Below the pieces are notes generated by a model. It was not told where the DNA came from and did not search any database. It saw nothing but the letters and a program-made list of their open reading frames with translations. From positions 1,674,001 to 1,738,000 of the forward strand of contig NC_134031.1 in the NCBI RefSeq assembly GCF_964204645.1: 64,000 bases of DNA. Reading direction: 5' to 3'. Source of the DNA: Tubulanus polymorphus. Its lineage: Eukaryota; Animalia; Nemertea. This document shows positions 12,586 to 26,983 of the stretch, one piece after another. The translations under genes and the position numbers were made by a program. Numbering within the stretch: the stretch's first letter is position 1; every line of letters starts with the position of its first letter.

Positions 12586-15500
12586 CTGTATATTAATGTA
12601 TATCTTGTGTAGAGAGAGTTCTAATCGATCAGGCTCCGGTTCGACTCTACAGTCAAAATTACTTCATCAAACAACCAGTGTACTATTATTGTATTTGATA
12701 TGATATTATATTTGAGAGGTAGCACCACATGGCACCGCTGCTGTACTGCATGATCAGTGTGAAATAGATGAGCATTGATTTGAACAGCTGTCACCACTAA
12801 ACCAGTCAGACAGATACTACTAAATATGTGATATGTCGCTGGTGTAAATCGGCACGGACCGGTAAACTTCAATGAATTCTGTTCTGCGTTACATATGTAA
12901 TTGCATTATTATGTATTTATTTACACAGTATTGTATGATTTTTTACAAACTCAAGAATATTTTATGCGCAAAACTTTAGGAGGGAATTTAACATAATATC
13001 ATAACATTCGCTTCAAAGCGATTTATCAGCGACAAGTGACTCAGAGAGTTCATTTCTAATTCAGATGTTAACCAAGCCCGGAGTGAAATTCTAAGCGAGA
13101 ACAATGGTAACTGGGTCTTTAATTGTTGCAAATAATCATCTACAATCCAAGCGACAACTGACATTTTTAATAAGGGATCATTCATTTATTACATACGCAT
13201 AAGGGGAGGGGGAGGGGTAAGGGCAATTGCGTACTGTAACGCATGCATAATAAATGAATGATCCCTAAAGCTTTCAGCGTTAGTTACAGACCTGATAATG
13301 TATCGTTGTATCTGGCTGTTTTGAACAGTGATCTGAGGAACGAGTTGATAAAGTTGTTGAGACGCCATATTTTCGACCCACGACTGAACCATCGGGTTAT
13401 CAACATCTGACATCGCTCGCTGAATATAAACAATTATAAACAGTTTACACAACGATAATCAATTAAACTCGTGCCGTCAGAATCGAGATGAACTTACGAT
13501 ACGATTTCTAACTATGCGTTCAACTCCGCGAATTCCACTCGTCAAACAAAACCGCAACAAAGCGACATCTTCGTGTATCGCCGTACGACATTGATAGAAT
13601 AACGCATCGGCGAAGTGAGGATCATTCTCTGTAATAACAGTGTGAGAGTGAGACGGAGGACGGAATGGCGCAGACAAGAGAAAAGAGCTTAAGGAAAAGA
13701 TTTACACACGTACCTGGTGAATCGACAATGATTTTTAAAATAGCCGTCAATTGCACTCGGAAAAATTCTTGTAACGTTGCGTGTAGATTTATATTGTCTT
13801 CAATATCACCTTCAGACTACAATATACCGTATTACACAGTGATTCACGTTATTTTTGATAAATCTTAATAATTATTTTTGAGAGGATGGGCACTACGTCA
13901 ATGTCGTCTATATATCGAGGCTAGACTGGGGTTGACCCTAGTTCCAGGACTCGTTAACTACCTTTTAATTACCCTAGACTGGTTGCTGGTCAATTCAATT
14001 GAATTATCGATACATTCAAATCCAAAGTATCTTTAATATTAGATAATTTTACCATTGGCAATATCAAGCTATAGATGGCGTGACAATAAGCTCTTCCAGG
14101 GTTCCTACAGAACAGTCATTCCATAATTCAAGGACTTTTCGAGAAGAAAATTTCAAATTTCGAGGAGTGTCTGTATCACTTTCATATCTTGATTACTGTC
14201 GACTCCTCCTAAATCAGTTCTGTTTATCTGAGTAAACGATTTAATTCGTTGGTATCTGTGTACGTAATAACTAGACTCAAAACCTTAACATTTTCTAATT
14301 GCCAATTACTCAAAATTCAAGGAGTTTTCGAGGACTTTTGGGCATTTTGCTCAAATTCAAGAATATTCAAGGACCTTGCAAAATATTTTTGGGTTTAGAA
14401 TCAGTTTTCAAGAAGTCGAAGGGACCCTGTCTTGTTACCTCGGTGACGATGGCTGTGAAATAATCATCCAGATTGTCGATTGCTTCCTCCACTGCTTCGT
14501 CGATAACGGCTTGCGTCGGTTCTCGTCCTCGTAGAACTTTCTCCTGCACGAACGCCTGTAACGGCTGCTGCAGCCGACCGAGAGGCTGCGAACTACCGAA
14601 AAACACCTGCAGCAGATCGGAGAACGTCATATTCTGACCAACGACGACCAACAGTTCCGGTAGAAGACCTACAGTCAGAGAACACCGTGTTAGTTCACAC
14701 TAATCAATTAACAGTTGTGACTTGTGACATCCTAATAGTTCACTTCAAGAATATCCAGTATCCCTTTGAGACGTTTATTCAACATTTCAACTACATGTAC
14801 ATAGTGCGAGTCATCTTCAAGAATAGCAAAGATGGACTACTGAATTATAGGATACTGGTAGTATTCCTGGGCTGGGATACTGGTAGTATTGGCTGGATAC
14901 TGGGCTGGGTTTCCTAGATGTGGAAGAAAGATAAGTCCCAGGGAACATTTTGAAACATGTCAGTTATATCCATGGTTTCTCATTGTTACTATGGATTGGT
15001 GGTTGTCACCCGGATTGAGGATTTAACCCTAGGGATAGCTTTGATACCCAGTCTATGAAACCAGGCCCTGAAGATTAGGATAAAGTCGAAACATTGAAAA
15101 ATTTTTATTTTGGGATTTTCATACATGTTGCATTTAAGTTGTTCTGGTGATAATTTTACCTTCCCCAACGTTGAAATCGCTGACACTTTGTAAGAAATCA
15201 GCTAAAGTTGGTGAATTACTTCCATCTATCATCGCTTGTGAGAAATTAGCTCCTATTTGACTGACGAGTTGACTGAACATAGCGTCAGACATCGGAGGGT
15301 TACTAGCCCCAGTTGGATTACTACTGGCTCGTTGTGAATTCGTTCTATCACCCGATGCAGAAGCACTTCGACCCTACGAGAAAATCAAATCATATTACAA
15401 CTACTGAAACAATTCATTAGGTAGAATTTGAGAACTTTATCAAGGAAATTCGAAAAATGGTAGAATCAAGTATTCTATACATTTCAAGTCTAACAGGTAA

Positions 15501-18500
15501 CTTGCTGATTGACTTAAAACAAATTTCAAAACTTGCCCAAAATTCAAGAAGTTTTAGAGGTCTCGTATAAATCCTGAATATGATCTGTTCACAGATGATT
15601 TTTACCTGGGCTAGAATTTCTCCGAGTCTTCGTGCGAAATCCTGCGTATCCGCTGGCCTAGACGATGTATTCTGCGTAGCAGCGCCGCCTGGTGGTGTGA
15701 ACAACGCAGCGAATGGATTCGCGGCGCGAGTAGTCGAACTCGATGTTGTCGTCGTCGCAGCGCCTGTAGGTGGCGCTGGTGCTGGTTGGCGTGGTGCGCT
15801 GTGTACAGTCGTCGGCGCGCCACCTAGCCGCAATAAACAGAACAAATGATGAGAAATTCAGGTTCCAGTTCCACATAATCAATTCATTTTGAATGCTGTT
15901 GAACTGTGGAATCAGGTCTGGATCAGGTAATCCATCAGGTTTAATAATTTACCTTGTAAATGTGGATTTGGTTGATTAAGTAAAGCAGATATAATGTTGC
16001 TAACAGTAGATTCGCTATTCTGAAATAATTGAAACGAATCAATGTTAACTCAATCTATAAATCTAGCAGGATCCAGTTCCACAGTTGTGAGTTAAGATTC
16101 GACTCCGAGTTAACTCATTGAAAATGAATTGATTTTAACTCGAACTCATGACTGTGGAACTGGGTCCAGTAAAATAAACACGAAACCCAATATTTCTAAT
16201 CTATTCTAGCATCGACGAAAGACTAGCTGTAATAAATCAGTACCTGATTCTGTCGTTGAAGTTCGGCTTGTAGAGCCTGAAAGTGTCTCGATTGACACGG
16301 TAAATACGGATCTGGATTACGCAATTCAAACGGTAATAAACCGGGAATTTGTGGCATACCGTTTCCAGATCTACCGTTACCGCCACCGTTAACGCGAGTT
16401 GAACCATTCGTCCTGAAGTTAACCACTAATAATTGTAAATAGCTTCCCACTCGCATGAATGGATTTTAGTATAATTCCTACAATCAAACTCAGTTCAAGT
16501 CGTTGTAGTTTGGATGATCATAATGTTAATGACTTATCCAAATAACGACTTACTACGTAGTAAATTGAATTGGAAATATGAAATAGTGATGACTTCAGCA
16601 ATGTGATGACTTATCCAATGATGAGTTAGATTGTAGTTTCTGAATTCAGTTTATTACCTTGATGAATTAGTACCGGTAGTTGTGGCTGATGTTCTTGCGG
16701 CTGAAGCTGAGCTTGTCGATGTTGCTGTTGTCGTCATATTTGCGGCCGCGGTTTGAGAATTCGGTAGATTTCCATTAGCCCCGATAATTATAGCACTTCC
16801 CTGAGGAGTTCCCTGACCAGCTGAAAATAACAAGCAATATCATACAATGAATAGATATGAAGTAAAGAGGAAATCTGCGCTGTATCGATCATCTTTGAAT
16901 GAACCAATTGATCAAAGTCTAAGTGGTAAATTTGCTTCAGATGATTCAATCATAATGAATTCAGAATACTATGCGACTAAGAGATGTTTTATGTTAACAC
17001 GAATGATGAAAGGCTAGAAATGATAGATTGCTCTTTACCGATTCTCTGACTAGCAGCCTGTAGAGCCATTTGAATGATATTTTGCATGACTGGATTTTGT
17101 CCATTAGCAGCCGCAGCACCGGTAGTAGGAGTTCCTCCTGTAGCGTTCGTAGTCGATGTTCCTGTAAAATTCAGATTTCATTCTTCCACAAAAACTAATT
17201 GCAATCACCCAGAAGCAGCGATACAATTATTTGGGAATGAGTGTCACACGATTGAACTGATCGACCGGACTCCTCTACGGGTACGTAACTTACTGGTTGA
17301 GCTAGTAGTAGTGCTGCCACCTACTGGATGATCGTCATCACTATGTTCGTCTGCACTATCACTAACGAGATGAGCGGTCACGCTGTTAAAACTCATTGTA
17401 TTCGGACCGACTTCCATGAACACGTACGGGTTTGAACTGGCTATAGTTGTTCCACTGGTCGGCATATTCCCTCCCTGAAACTAAACCAATCATTCATCAT
17501 AATAGACAGTAATAACCGTCTTATATCTGTCAGAAAACTTCATGATTGACGCACCAACGTTCCTAGTTACATGAATTCAAAATTCCCAAGTTTTTCATGG
17601 GTGACTTATCGATATTCCAAACGGAAATGAACCGATAGAATCGTACTACACTGGGATTGATGTCATTGTTTTAGTGGTGCCCTGGCAAATGCTTTGTGAA
17701 GTGTAAAATTAATTTCCCAAATGTCCCCCCCACAGATTAGAGTAAAATCTATCAATTCCCAAATATTTCTAAACCAGGGAATATCGTTTTAAAATTTCTA
17801 CTTTCCTTCAATTGAATTAGAGTCTATGGAAACCAATCTCTGGAATATAAAGTTAGTTTTAAACACATACCGGTAATCGGATACCAAATGGCGCCTGTCC
17901 TCGGGTAGCCGAGTTCGTTTGAGAACCGTTCGTATTGTTAGCCGCTGTCGCCGGTGTTGCGGTCGACGACGTCGTTGTCGTGGTCGCAGCAGACGCCTGA
18001 TTCCGTCGTGACGTACGAGGACTTCCGGCCATCGCTGTATTCAAACTAATCTGAGCCTGCGCAATGATTGAAAACAAAGAACAGTCGTTGAGTACCGGAA
18101 ATGAATTTCGGGTGCGAAAACTAAATATTTCAAGTATTTCCTACCTGAACGGGTATAGTTTGATGAATGACAGCTGTAGGGGGCGGTGATGGTACCGGGG
18201 GTGCGGTTAGTTCACGAGGTCGAGAGCTCGTACAATCTAACATGATGTCACTGATAGCGTGATAGGCGTGTCCTATATGATGCATCACTTCGCTGACAGT
18301 ATTTACCAGTCTCTGAGTTCCGATACATTCCTCACTCTATATCCATTATAAACACAAGAAAATTAGGAGCTATGAATTAAACTATATACAATAGAACAGG
18401 GTGGCCACTTAAATTTGACATGCTTTTTCCCTATTTCCTGACATGAACGTTGTTTTCCCTGACTTGATCTGCTACGAATCCAATCTATTTAACGCTCTCA

Positions 18501-21273
18501 AATACGTAAGACATAGACGGAAACGGTTTGATTTTAGGTGCGATCCAGCCGACTGAACACATTTCTCTGATTTCCAGGTAAGAGTTCACCCTTAGATCAC
18601 GAGGGACCAATGAACAGTAAGTGAATTCTGGGGCAGATTGAGCGATGATGTGTTGAAATCACATGAATATGAAAAGAGACTCTCAAATATTTTGCCACAC
18701 CATAATCAGGGGCAACTGGATCTACGGGTCGGGTTCACTAATCAATCGATCCGTTTGAATACTGACCCCCGATTCTAACTGCGGATCGTCAATGAGAACA
18801 CGTTGATAACGTTCCATCAATGGTTGCATTCGTTGCTGTAGTTCGAATACTTCATTCATCAGATTTCCGAGGACGGGGGTTTCAGGGTTTCTAGAAATAT
18901 ACAACACAATATTCCAATATAACAACAGAAAAGAGAATGTAGTTGAAGATCGAAAATCTGTTACACGGAATGTTTTTACCAATCTTCACAGATCTACATT
19001 GTTAAATATTCAGTTTTATAATAGACTGTCATCATTGATTTTAAGTTTTCCAAACTCTGTTGAAACAACTGTCTAATGTCTTAAAACATTATAGGAAATA
19101 AACTCAATAACTTTAACTCTTAACTTGAAACTAAACACTATGGGTCCAAGAAAATAATGTAAACTTTTATATTTCTATCTTAAGTGATTAAATCCTTCTA
19201 TGAAGAGTATGGCGTTTCAAGCAATTATCAACATCTGGTTTTGAAACTCAGTAGTGATACGTACGGTTCTCTAGTCTGTGCGCTAGTATTCGTCGGTGTC
19301 GCGTTATCTGTCGTACCGCTTTGAACTGATGATGAATTAGCACCCACTGACCCCGACGTTGTCCCGGATGAACTCGATTCCGTTGTCTGAGATTCTTCAG
19401 TTGTCGACGCCGATTCCGTTTCATTCGGATTCTAAAACGAAGTAATAACCATTTTAACGATTGATGATAATGTTTTCAAAATTCACGTTGATAATATTTC
19501 AGATGGAAAAGGTTTTTTCACGTTGAACTTGCCTCGTATTTATGCAGAGCTTCTCTGGCGCTGCGTAACATACGTTGAATCATTTTAATTCTCTGTTGAG
19601 CCTCGCTGGGAGCTCGAGCAGACGACTGGTTCAGATTGATGTGTACGTCAACAGCTGATCCATCAGTCTATAAACACAACACAACTTTTAATATCAGGTT
19701 TTCAGCTTTATAACGTATCAATCCGGTTCCAACCAGAGATGTTTCCAGGCCATTTTACATACAATTGTCCAATATTCTGATCATCCACACTTCACATGTG
19801 TTCAGAACTTCTAACACCAGAGATTAGACGTTTCATAAGCATACCTTCAAAAACCGATCACAAAAATAGTGAATCTTGAAGGAGTGGTTCAGGACCGAGG
19901 GTATTGTTTAGGAACAGCAAATTTATACCTGCATTGGCGTAGCTGTTCAAAATTTCAAAACTTAGAGCAATCTATCTTCACCTATAGTCTTTTAAGAGCA
20001 GTATTTCGAAATTACATTTTTAACTAATAAATTCATACTAACCGATGTCCTTGAAGTGACGTGAGCGTGACGTCCTGATTCACCCATACCGGATAAAACC
20101 TGCTGTACAATATTCTACACAAAAAATAAAACACCATTTCAATCAAAAATAAATCTGACCTAAAAAACAATTCTCAAATCTTCAACAAAACTTGATTGAA
20201 AATCATCAATTTTGGGGATGTTACCTGTACATGGTTTGGGTCGCTGAGGGGTTCACCGGGCATTCCGCCACCGAACGAACCAAACGAGAAACTAGCACCA
20301 GCAGCGCCACCTGGTGTTGAAGACGATCGATTACTGCTAGCGCTACTGCTACTCGGAGGCGGTCGACTGCCGGGCGGCGCTCGCTGTACGACATGGATCA
20401 CTTTACCGTGTACATCTATTCAGATAATACAAGAAACGGTGTCATTGTTTCAATAAAACAAAGAATTGTTGTGACAGTAGTGACAGACACCTGCGACAGT
20501 AGTGACAGACACCTGCGACAGTAGCGACAGTAGTGACAGACACCTGCGACTGTAGTGACACCTGCGCGAGATTTGCTTACCGTACTCTGTCAACTTTTTT
20601 TCATCCTGTAAAACTCGTCCTTGGAAAATTAATCGCTGACGATCGACTGGAATTTCCTGAAAAAAACAAAGAGACAAATATCAAAATATCAGTAGAAGTT
20701 TTTAGAAGATAATGAGACTAACTCAATTAACTCCTGGGGCTGGTTGCTCGGACGATAATAGCTGGTTACAGTTATGGTACAGGTGGATGCAAATTCAATC
20801 GTCACAATGTAATTCATCCACTGGTTATAACTGTAACCAACTTTTGAGAAACCGACCCCCGATGGTTTTAATTGACATTTTTCAATAGGGCTAAGAATGG
20901 TTATTTATAGATCCAGCTCTATTTTCTACATAATGAATTAGACGTTTAGTTTGTAAGATTGATACAAATCCTGGGACACCAGTTTTAGAGACTGGGCCAA
21001 CAGTTTCACTCTGCAGTTCTCTGCTTGTCTGATACCTGTCTATAAAACTCGAAGTCGCCAATAACTTACAATAGAACTCGCGATTTTCTCTTTGAACTGT
21101 TTTACTGTCGTCTATAAATAAGACGAAATTCTAATTAGATATTTTAGACACACGGACAAGTGACGGTCATTATTGACTGACACTCTTTCTTGACTTGATT
21201 CCATACTTACACTTTCAGGAACTGAATAACTTTTATTCTGCCCTTCCAATGTCTTTACAGACACATCCAACAT
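11315..21273 (-). CDS. BAG6: Large proline-rich protein BAG6 (BAT3/Scythe), many exons
   Basis: N-terminal [68 protein letters not shown]; [11 protein letters not shown]; [18 protein letters not shown] (NLS region); C-terminal BAG-similar [35 protein letters not shown]. Confidence 0.95.
11711..11980. mobile_element. Two abutting copies of a short GGGCC-terminated MITE (PIF/Harbinger-like)
   Basis: ggggccggttgc...gaactggcccc followed directly by gggggccggttgc...caactggctcc with homologous interiors; related elements at about 16070-16168, 20736-20860, 28904, 60007-60124, 63641-63738, 63740-63867. Confidence 0.65.
12543..12582. repeat. (ATT)n microsatellite
   Basis: About 13 ATT units in a BAG6 intron. 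Confidence 0.95.
14097..14429. mobile_element. hAT-like MITE (CAGGGT...ACCCTG termini)
   Basis: cagggttcctac...gaagggaccctg; homologous to 60848-61183 and to the end at about 29160-29289. Confidence 0.6.
20473..20565. repeat. Short tandem repeat (acagtagtgacagacacctgcg-like units)
   Basis: Direct inspection, BAG6 intron. Confidence 0.85.
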
Positions 21274-21569
21274 TTTGAAGAGGATTCTATTACAATAGAG
21301 TTCCTGGAGAAGAATACACAGAATACAACCCTATTGAATCGATGATAGGACTCCTTAATAAAATTTATTTTTTTCAGTATTTAGCACGATCAACACCGTT
21401 TTAATTAATTGGCCTTTTAATTGACGGTCGATTATCTGGTTAACCTTTAGATAAATTCGGATGTATTCTTTTATTGTATACTTAGAATAATTCGCGTTTT
21501 AAAGTCTGTAGTTTGTCTTACCGCGAGTTTATGAAGATAAAATTTGGAAATTTCTCAATAAAAGTTTTG

Positions 21570-21610
21570 ACCGGAAATTCACGTAATGCTATTCAAAGGC
21601 GCATGCGCAT
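21570..21610. promoter_or_regulatory. Bidirectional BAG6/COQ4 promoter with ETS (ACCGGAAAT) and NRF1 (GCGCATGCGC) motifs
   Basis: gaccggaaat at about 21569-21578 and the perfect NRF1/EWG palindrome gcgcatgcgc at 21599-21608 between the divergent starts. Confidence 0.6.
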
Positions 21611-21792
21611 TGACCTGTTATTCGATGGTGTTCGGCGATACTTAGTATTACCAATTCAATTCAATTGACATTATATTAGAAGTTCAAAGAACGGTTTTGG
21701 GCGGTGCTTAGTGTGACAATTTCTCAAGGTCGTAGAGCTTTTCTTGAATTCTTCCCAATTTTCATGACTTTTCCCCCAATTTTCATGACTAA

Positions 21793-24129
21793 ATGATGTT
21801 TAAATCCACTGTGCTTGAATTATTGCGTAAATCAACAACTAACAACGTATCGAAAAGATTTTTGCCGACATTCATTAACCCTGGTAAGAGTAGAGATAAA
21901 TTCAAGACAACCTATGCCTTCTTACACGTAGACTTTAGTTTTAGTCTCTATAGAGTGAGGCCTACTCCAGCCTTCACCACACACCACAGACACACAGTCA
22001 GTACCCATAGAGACAACACCATCCTATCCATTGGCATCAGTACCATACACTACTATCAGTGAAAGCCTAATGACAGTGACCAACTTTTAGCACCATCACT
22101 ATCATCATCAGTGCCAGTGGAAGCCTTCTGTTACTAATCCTCTCACCTGCTGACCAGATTGTCCTACTTAGATTTTGTTGTTGTCAGTGTATCATATCCA
22201 TATCCTGAAAACCTGTTATTTTATTTAGGTTCTGTTCAGTGTTGTGTGGTGTGTAAACAGTGATTGCCTGTGGCGCAGTATTAATATAGAAGATCTTTAA
22301 AAACCATTGCCTGTATTGTTAAAGTGGTCCTTCGTTTCTATTCATATTGTTCTACTCAAAATCTTAGCTTTGACTTTTTAAATTACAGATTATTCAGCGA
22401 ATACCGCTGGTAATGGAGCATCTGAAGATGGTGGGAAAAGTAATAAGAGATGGTATGAAAGAGGATCGGATTATGATCTGTTATACGAAGGTCATATACC
22501 TACGACCCTATTTCAGAAGGGCCTACTCGCTGTAGGATCAGCTTGTATGTCACTATACAATCCAGCTAGGGATGGTAATACATTCAACAAGTCATTTGCA
22601 GAAATGAATCTAGGTTTATTTTTAGTAAACTGTATTTTGTTTTCTTCGTTCAGATATGATATGTTCGCTCGGAGAATCGTCGGGGTATTTCGCCTTGAAG
22701 AGAATGAGGTCTAAAATGTTAGCCGATCCGACTGGGCGTCTTATTCTGCGGTAAGGCTTCCATTCATCACTGTTTATTTTAGAAGTAATTATCAATGGCT
22801 GCCGCTTCATTCTAGGAATATTTATTTTTCAGAGAGAAACCACGAATCAATTCGACGACTGTTGATCTCGATTATTTAGCGAGTCTTCCTGAAGACACAT
22901 TCGGTAAAACTTACAGTAATTGGCTGAAAAAAAATGTAAGTATCATAACTCGAGTTGATACACAGTATCCGTGTAAGATGAATTATGAGAAAAATCCCAC
23001 AATAAATTCAGCCTAAGATGAATCGTGTACGCCTGATTATTGCTTACAGTCTTTAGCTGAAATGTTGTCTGCTTAAGAAGGGAAATCCTCATTTGAGCAT
23101 TTTGAAATCAACATACATAAATTTAATTTTGATTACGAATACAAATAATTATTACACTCCAACCATTTCCATGGTATATGGAGGAGAAAACAGTATTTAC
23201 AATTATATACAAAAACAGTAGATAGAAGCACTTTGAAACATAACAAACGTTATTTACAACAAACTACTTACACACTACCAGAGGAAGGATCTATATACAT
23301 CTAGACCTAATTTGATAAATTTAGCCGGTTGAATATTTGTAATTAGTGCTGCCCTATATTTGTTGTAGAAAGTAACGCCGGACGCTCGACGTGAGGTGAA
23401 TTTCATTGATGATGTTGAACTAGCGTACGTGATGCAGAGATATCGAGAATGTCACGATTTATATCATACGATTCTGGGAATGCCGACGAATATGATCGGA
23501 GAGGTCGCCGTTAAATGGGTCGAAGCGCTTCAGACCGGTTTACCGTTATGCGTGCTCGGTGGGATGTTTGGATCATTGCGTCTCGGACCGAAGTATGTTC
23601 ATCCAATTATTCATCCGGATTAACCTTTTCAGTTTTGACTAATCAATAACTGAAAGTGCTGGAGATGATTTGAAAATTGTTTGGAAATTCCATCCCAGGG
23701 TGTTGAATAATGAATTGAGCACATCTACACCGTGGTGCGATGTATCACTAGTTAATATTTCATTATGTTTGTCAGGTGCTGCTACCTATCAATAGAGATA
23801 AAAACTAATAACATCAATACACCGTAATGTTGTGTATTAGCAAAGTTCATCACCAATTCCATTAAGGGGTTTTAAATTGAGTAAATTTTGCTAGGAATTT
23901 TTATGAGGTATCTCCCTTACAGAAGGTTACAAACTTTTTACTGATTTAAGAAATTTGCTTCTTGAATTTCAGACATCGCGCCCGTTACCTGGAGAAGTAT
24001 TTACCGTGGGCGTTGAGGGTTGGAATGGATGGACGATTTCTGATGAATGTTTATTTCGAAAAACATTGGCAGGATAATCTAGACGATCTACGAGCTGAAT
24101 TGAACATTCTTAAACCGCCAGATCCGTGA
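21793..24129 (+). CDS. COQ4: Ubiquinone biosynthesis protein COQ4, mitochondrial, 6 exons
   Basis: [21 protein letters not shown]; [11 protein letters not shown]; [14 protein letters not shown]; [40 protein letters not shown] (HDxxH-x11-E motif); last exon [39 protein letters not shown]. Confidence 0.95.
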
Positions 24130-25573
24130 TGATTATGACGACAGGAAAATCTTAGAAAATCTTAGAAAATATGTGCCATAATTAATGTAGATTGATTGAT
24201 ACTACAGTTAACCTTGCATTACTCAAGACCTGACTAATTATGACAATAGCAAAAGCATTTTCTGATTTCCTAACATAATTTCCAATTCTAAAATCAGATT
24301 TTCACTTTTGCCTGTCTCAGGTTGCCTAAGTTAGGCAAGGTGTATTGTAATATATTTTATTCTGAAACTAGTCTTAGCTCACTGGTTTGTGTTTTGGCCT
24401 CCTTGTATACGTGTCTTTAGAAACCAGAACCAGTTGAATTCAAACTTTTTTCATATTGAGCACTTGATTAAGTTCACACACTCTGGAACTGGTTGTATGC
24501 TGAATGAAGAGTGCTATAATTTGTTGTAACGTATTTTATTAGAAACTGTTTATGAAAATAAATACAAAATTTATCTGAACTGAACTCGGTTATCTTGTTT
24601 TATTTAAAAGTGTGCTTTCTAGTCTGTCGTTTTACCGGACTTTGCCGATGATGGAACTGCTGGGCAATTCGACCAGTGACAACAAGCACCATATGTAGAT
24701 AATTGCTACGGTTTCCTTTAACTGTTTTACGAACAATCAGAATTACATTTATTTCAAATGGATAAAATAGAACAATACCAGTACGGCTATCGACAATGGA
24801 GCATAATAAAACCCTCAATTCATTTACTACCACGATCTTTCTCATCAATTAGCTGTGGATAATTTCAAAAGAGCCGACGCAAACTTTGATCTTTAGATTT
24901 TTCTATTGTGATCATCTGGCTAAAATATTATAACTCAAAACAGTGAATTAATGTACAAATATTTATCAGTTATGTGTTTGTTTTCCAATTACGGCTAAAA
25001 CCTTTGATCTATTGAGTAGTTTATCTATTGCTGGATGTTTCTATCCCGCGACTTCGGTGACGTTAATCGTTCTATTCATCATCGAGACATGGCGGAAAAC
25101 TAATGTTTTTTAATTCTGACGATAGAAAACAAAGCGCGTATGTGATGACTGATATTCATTTAGTACAATTGAATACAATGGGAATTCTCACGATTCACAA
25201 TGTTTCTTGAATACAGCAACTAGTTGATGAATCTGTTTCTCTGATCGTGAACAATGAAAATCGAACATCTGTGAACTGTGAAGAAAACGAATAAAAGCAG
25301 ACGATTTTCGAGGTTTAATCAGTCGAATTTTATCAGACACCAAGAAGACATCAAGGTAAGTCTAATTCAATAAGCATAACTATCTACTAGAAACTCTTAT
25401 TCAGAGAGGATTAAGTTAGCGCCAGCGGACTGGTCACCAATGACCACATTTCTAAACAAGTTCAATTGCTACAGTTTTGTTGTGCAGTGGTTGGGTCTCT
25501 GGGCTGGAATGCTGTTAGTCCCAGGTTCGATTCTCACATCGATATGTACATCATCATTTTTTTCTTATTTCAG

Positions 25574-26606
25574 ATGAATAGATACATTCTCGTAGTTGTT
25601 GTTTGTGTTGCACTTTTCGCTGCAGATGCGATGGCCCACCCTCCCAGGGGTAAACCCAGCAGTAAGTATAACACATTCTTTCATTCGACTGCTTTGAGGG
25701 GAAAAAGTGGACAAATCTGTCATTGAGGCAAAGTTTTAGAAGATTGGGGGAATGGGATCTATCCAATCAGTCGGAATCAGTCGGAAAGAATCTTCTCCTT
25801 CGAGAGAATATGACATATTGAGACATTCTAAAGTTTTGGTTGTATACATTATTTAATCATTGCCTTCAGTCTTTTACTATCACGGTGCCAAGACTTACCA
25901 TCCTACAATAAAGAGGACCTGGTTTCCATTTCTGGATCCGAACTCCGTTGTACTTTAATTTTGTTTCGGTGGTTTCTAGAGCGCCATCACGATGACGACC
26001 ACGATGACATGTCACACTTGGATGAAGACATAATCATTCTGGATGATATGAGTTGGGAGGATTTCTACAAGGCATACGGCACTCCAGTAGACACTATCAT
26101 CGAAGATAACAGCCCCGTCGAGGAATGGACAGATATTGAAATCTATGTGGACGGACAGGACCGTAAGTATAGAATTGAAATTAACTAAGCACGCCCTAAA
26201 CTAGTCTAGTCGACCGTTACCTCCTACCCATAGTCACGGTTTTGCAGGAAATGAAATACAATGCAATTAATGAACTAGACTCAAATAGCAGTAAAATTAG
26301 GTTCAGTTTTAAGACGAAATGTTTTATCACTTTGTCTTCACCGTAAGCTTTAATGCTCCATTTTAGATGTTGTATGTTCTATTATTATCGAGTCCTAGGA
26401 TCGCGACCGACCCTTTGTAAACTTTATATCCTTCTGAATTGAGTTAGAGATTGATTGAATAAACTAAACTAAACCCGAACCTATGGCATTAATCCAACCT
26501 AATTGTCTCATTTGTAGCGGGTGATGTTGATGATGGACCGTACTATGATAATGGTCATGGTAAGAAGAAACACAAAAACAAGAAGCGCGGACCCCGTCGT
26601 CATTAA
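25574..26606 (+). CDS. Small secreted Asp/Glu/His-rich protein with basic tail (119 aa), no recognised family
   Basis: Exons 25574-25661, 25980-26162, 26518-26606 with GTAAGT donors join in frame; 5' non-coding exon ends at about 25355 (AG|GTAAGT); AATAAA at about 26692 and 26745. Confidence 0.8.
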
Positions 26607-26828
26607 TCAACCAGCTCTAAAACATTACAGCTCTTTGGAATTCGACCATCGCTATGAAATGAAATATATTTCGAAAATCGTGTGAAAACATAATAAATAC
26701 CGGTATATATTGGAAATGCAATTAGTTATCTAGATTTATTTGTGAATAAATCTTTCGACTGTGGTATATTTGAACCAATCATTGTCACCTCCTCCTGGAC
26801 CATTCGCGTGTGTTCACTACACCAGATC

Positions 26829-26983
26829 AAGGGTGGATCTAGGATTCCTTGGAATGGCCAATTAATTTGAAAAGGGCAGATTTCGCAAGCGAGACATTGG
26901 TGAGAATTCTAGCGGCCCTCCCACAGAAAATTCAGAGGGTACATTCAAATTTTAAGGGGGATTCACCCCCTAAATCCGCCCTT
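26829..26983. mobile_element. MITE with GGGYGGATCTAG / CTAAATCCGCCC TIRs
   Basis: aagggtggatctagg...ccccctaaatccgcccttg. Confidence 0.65.
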
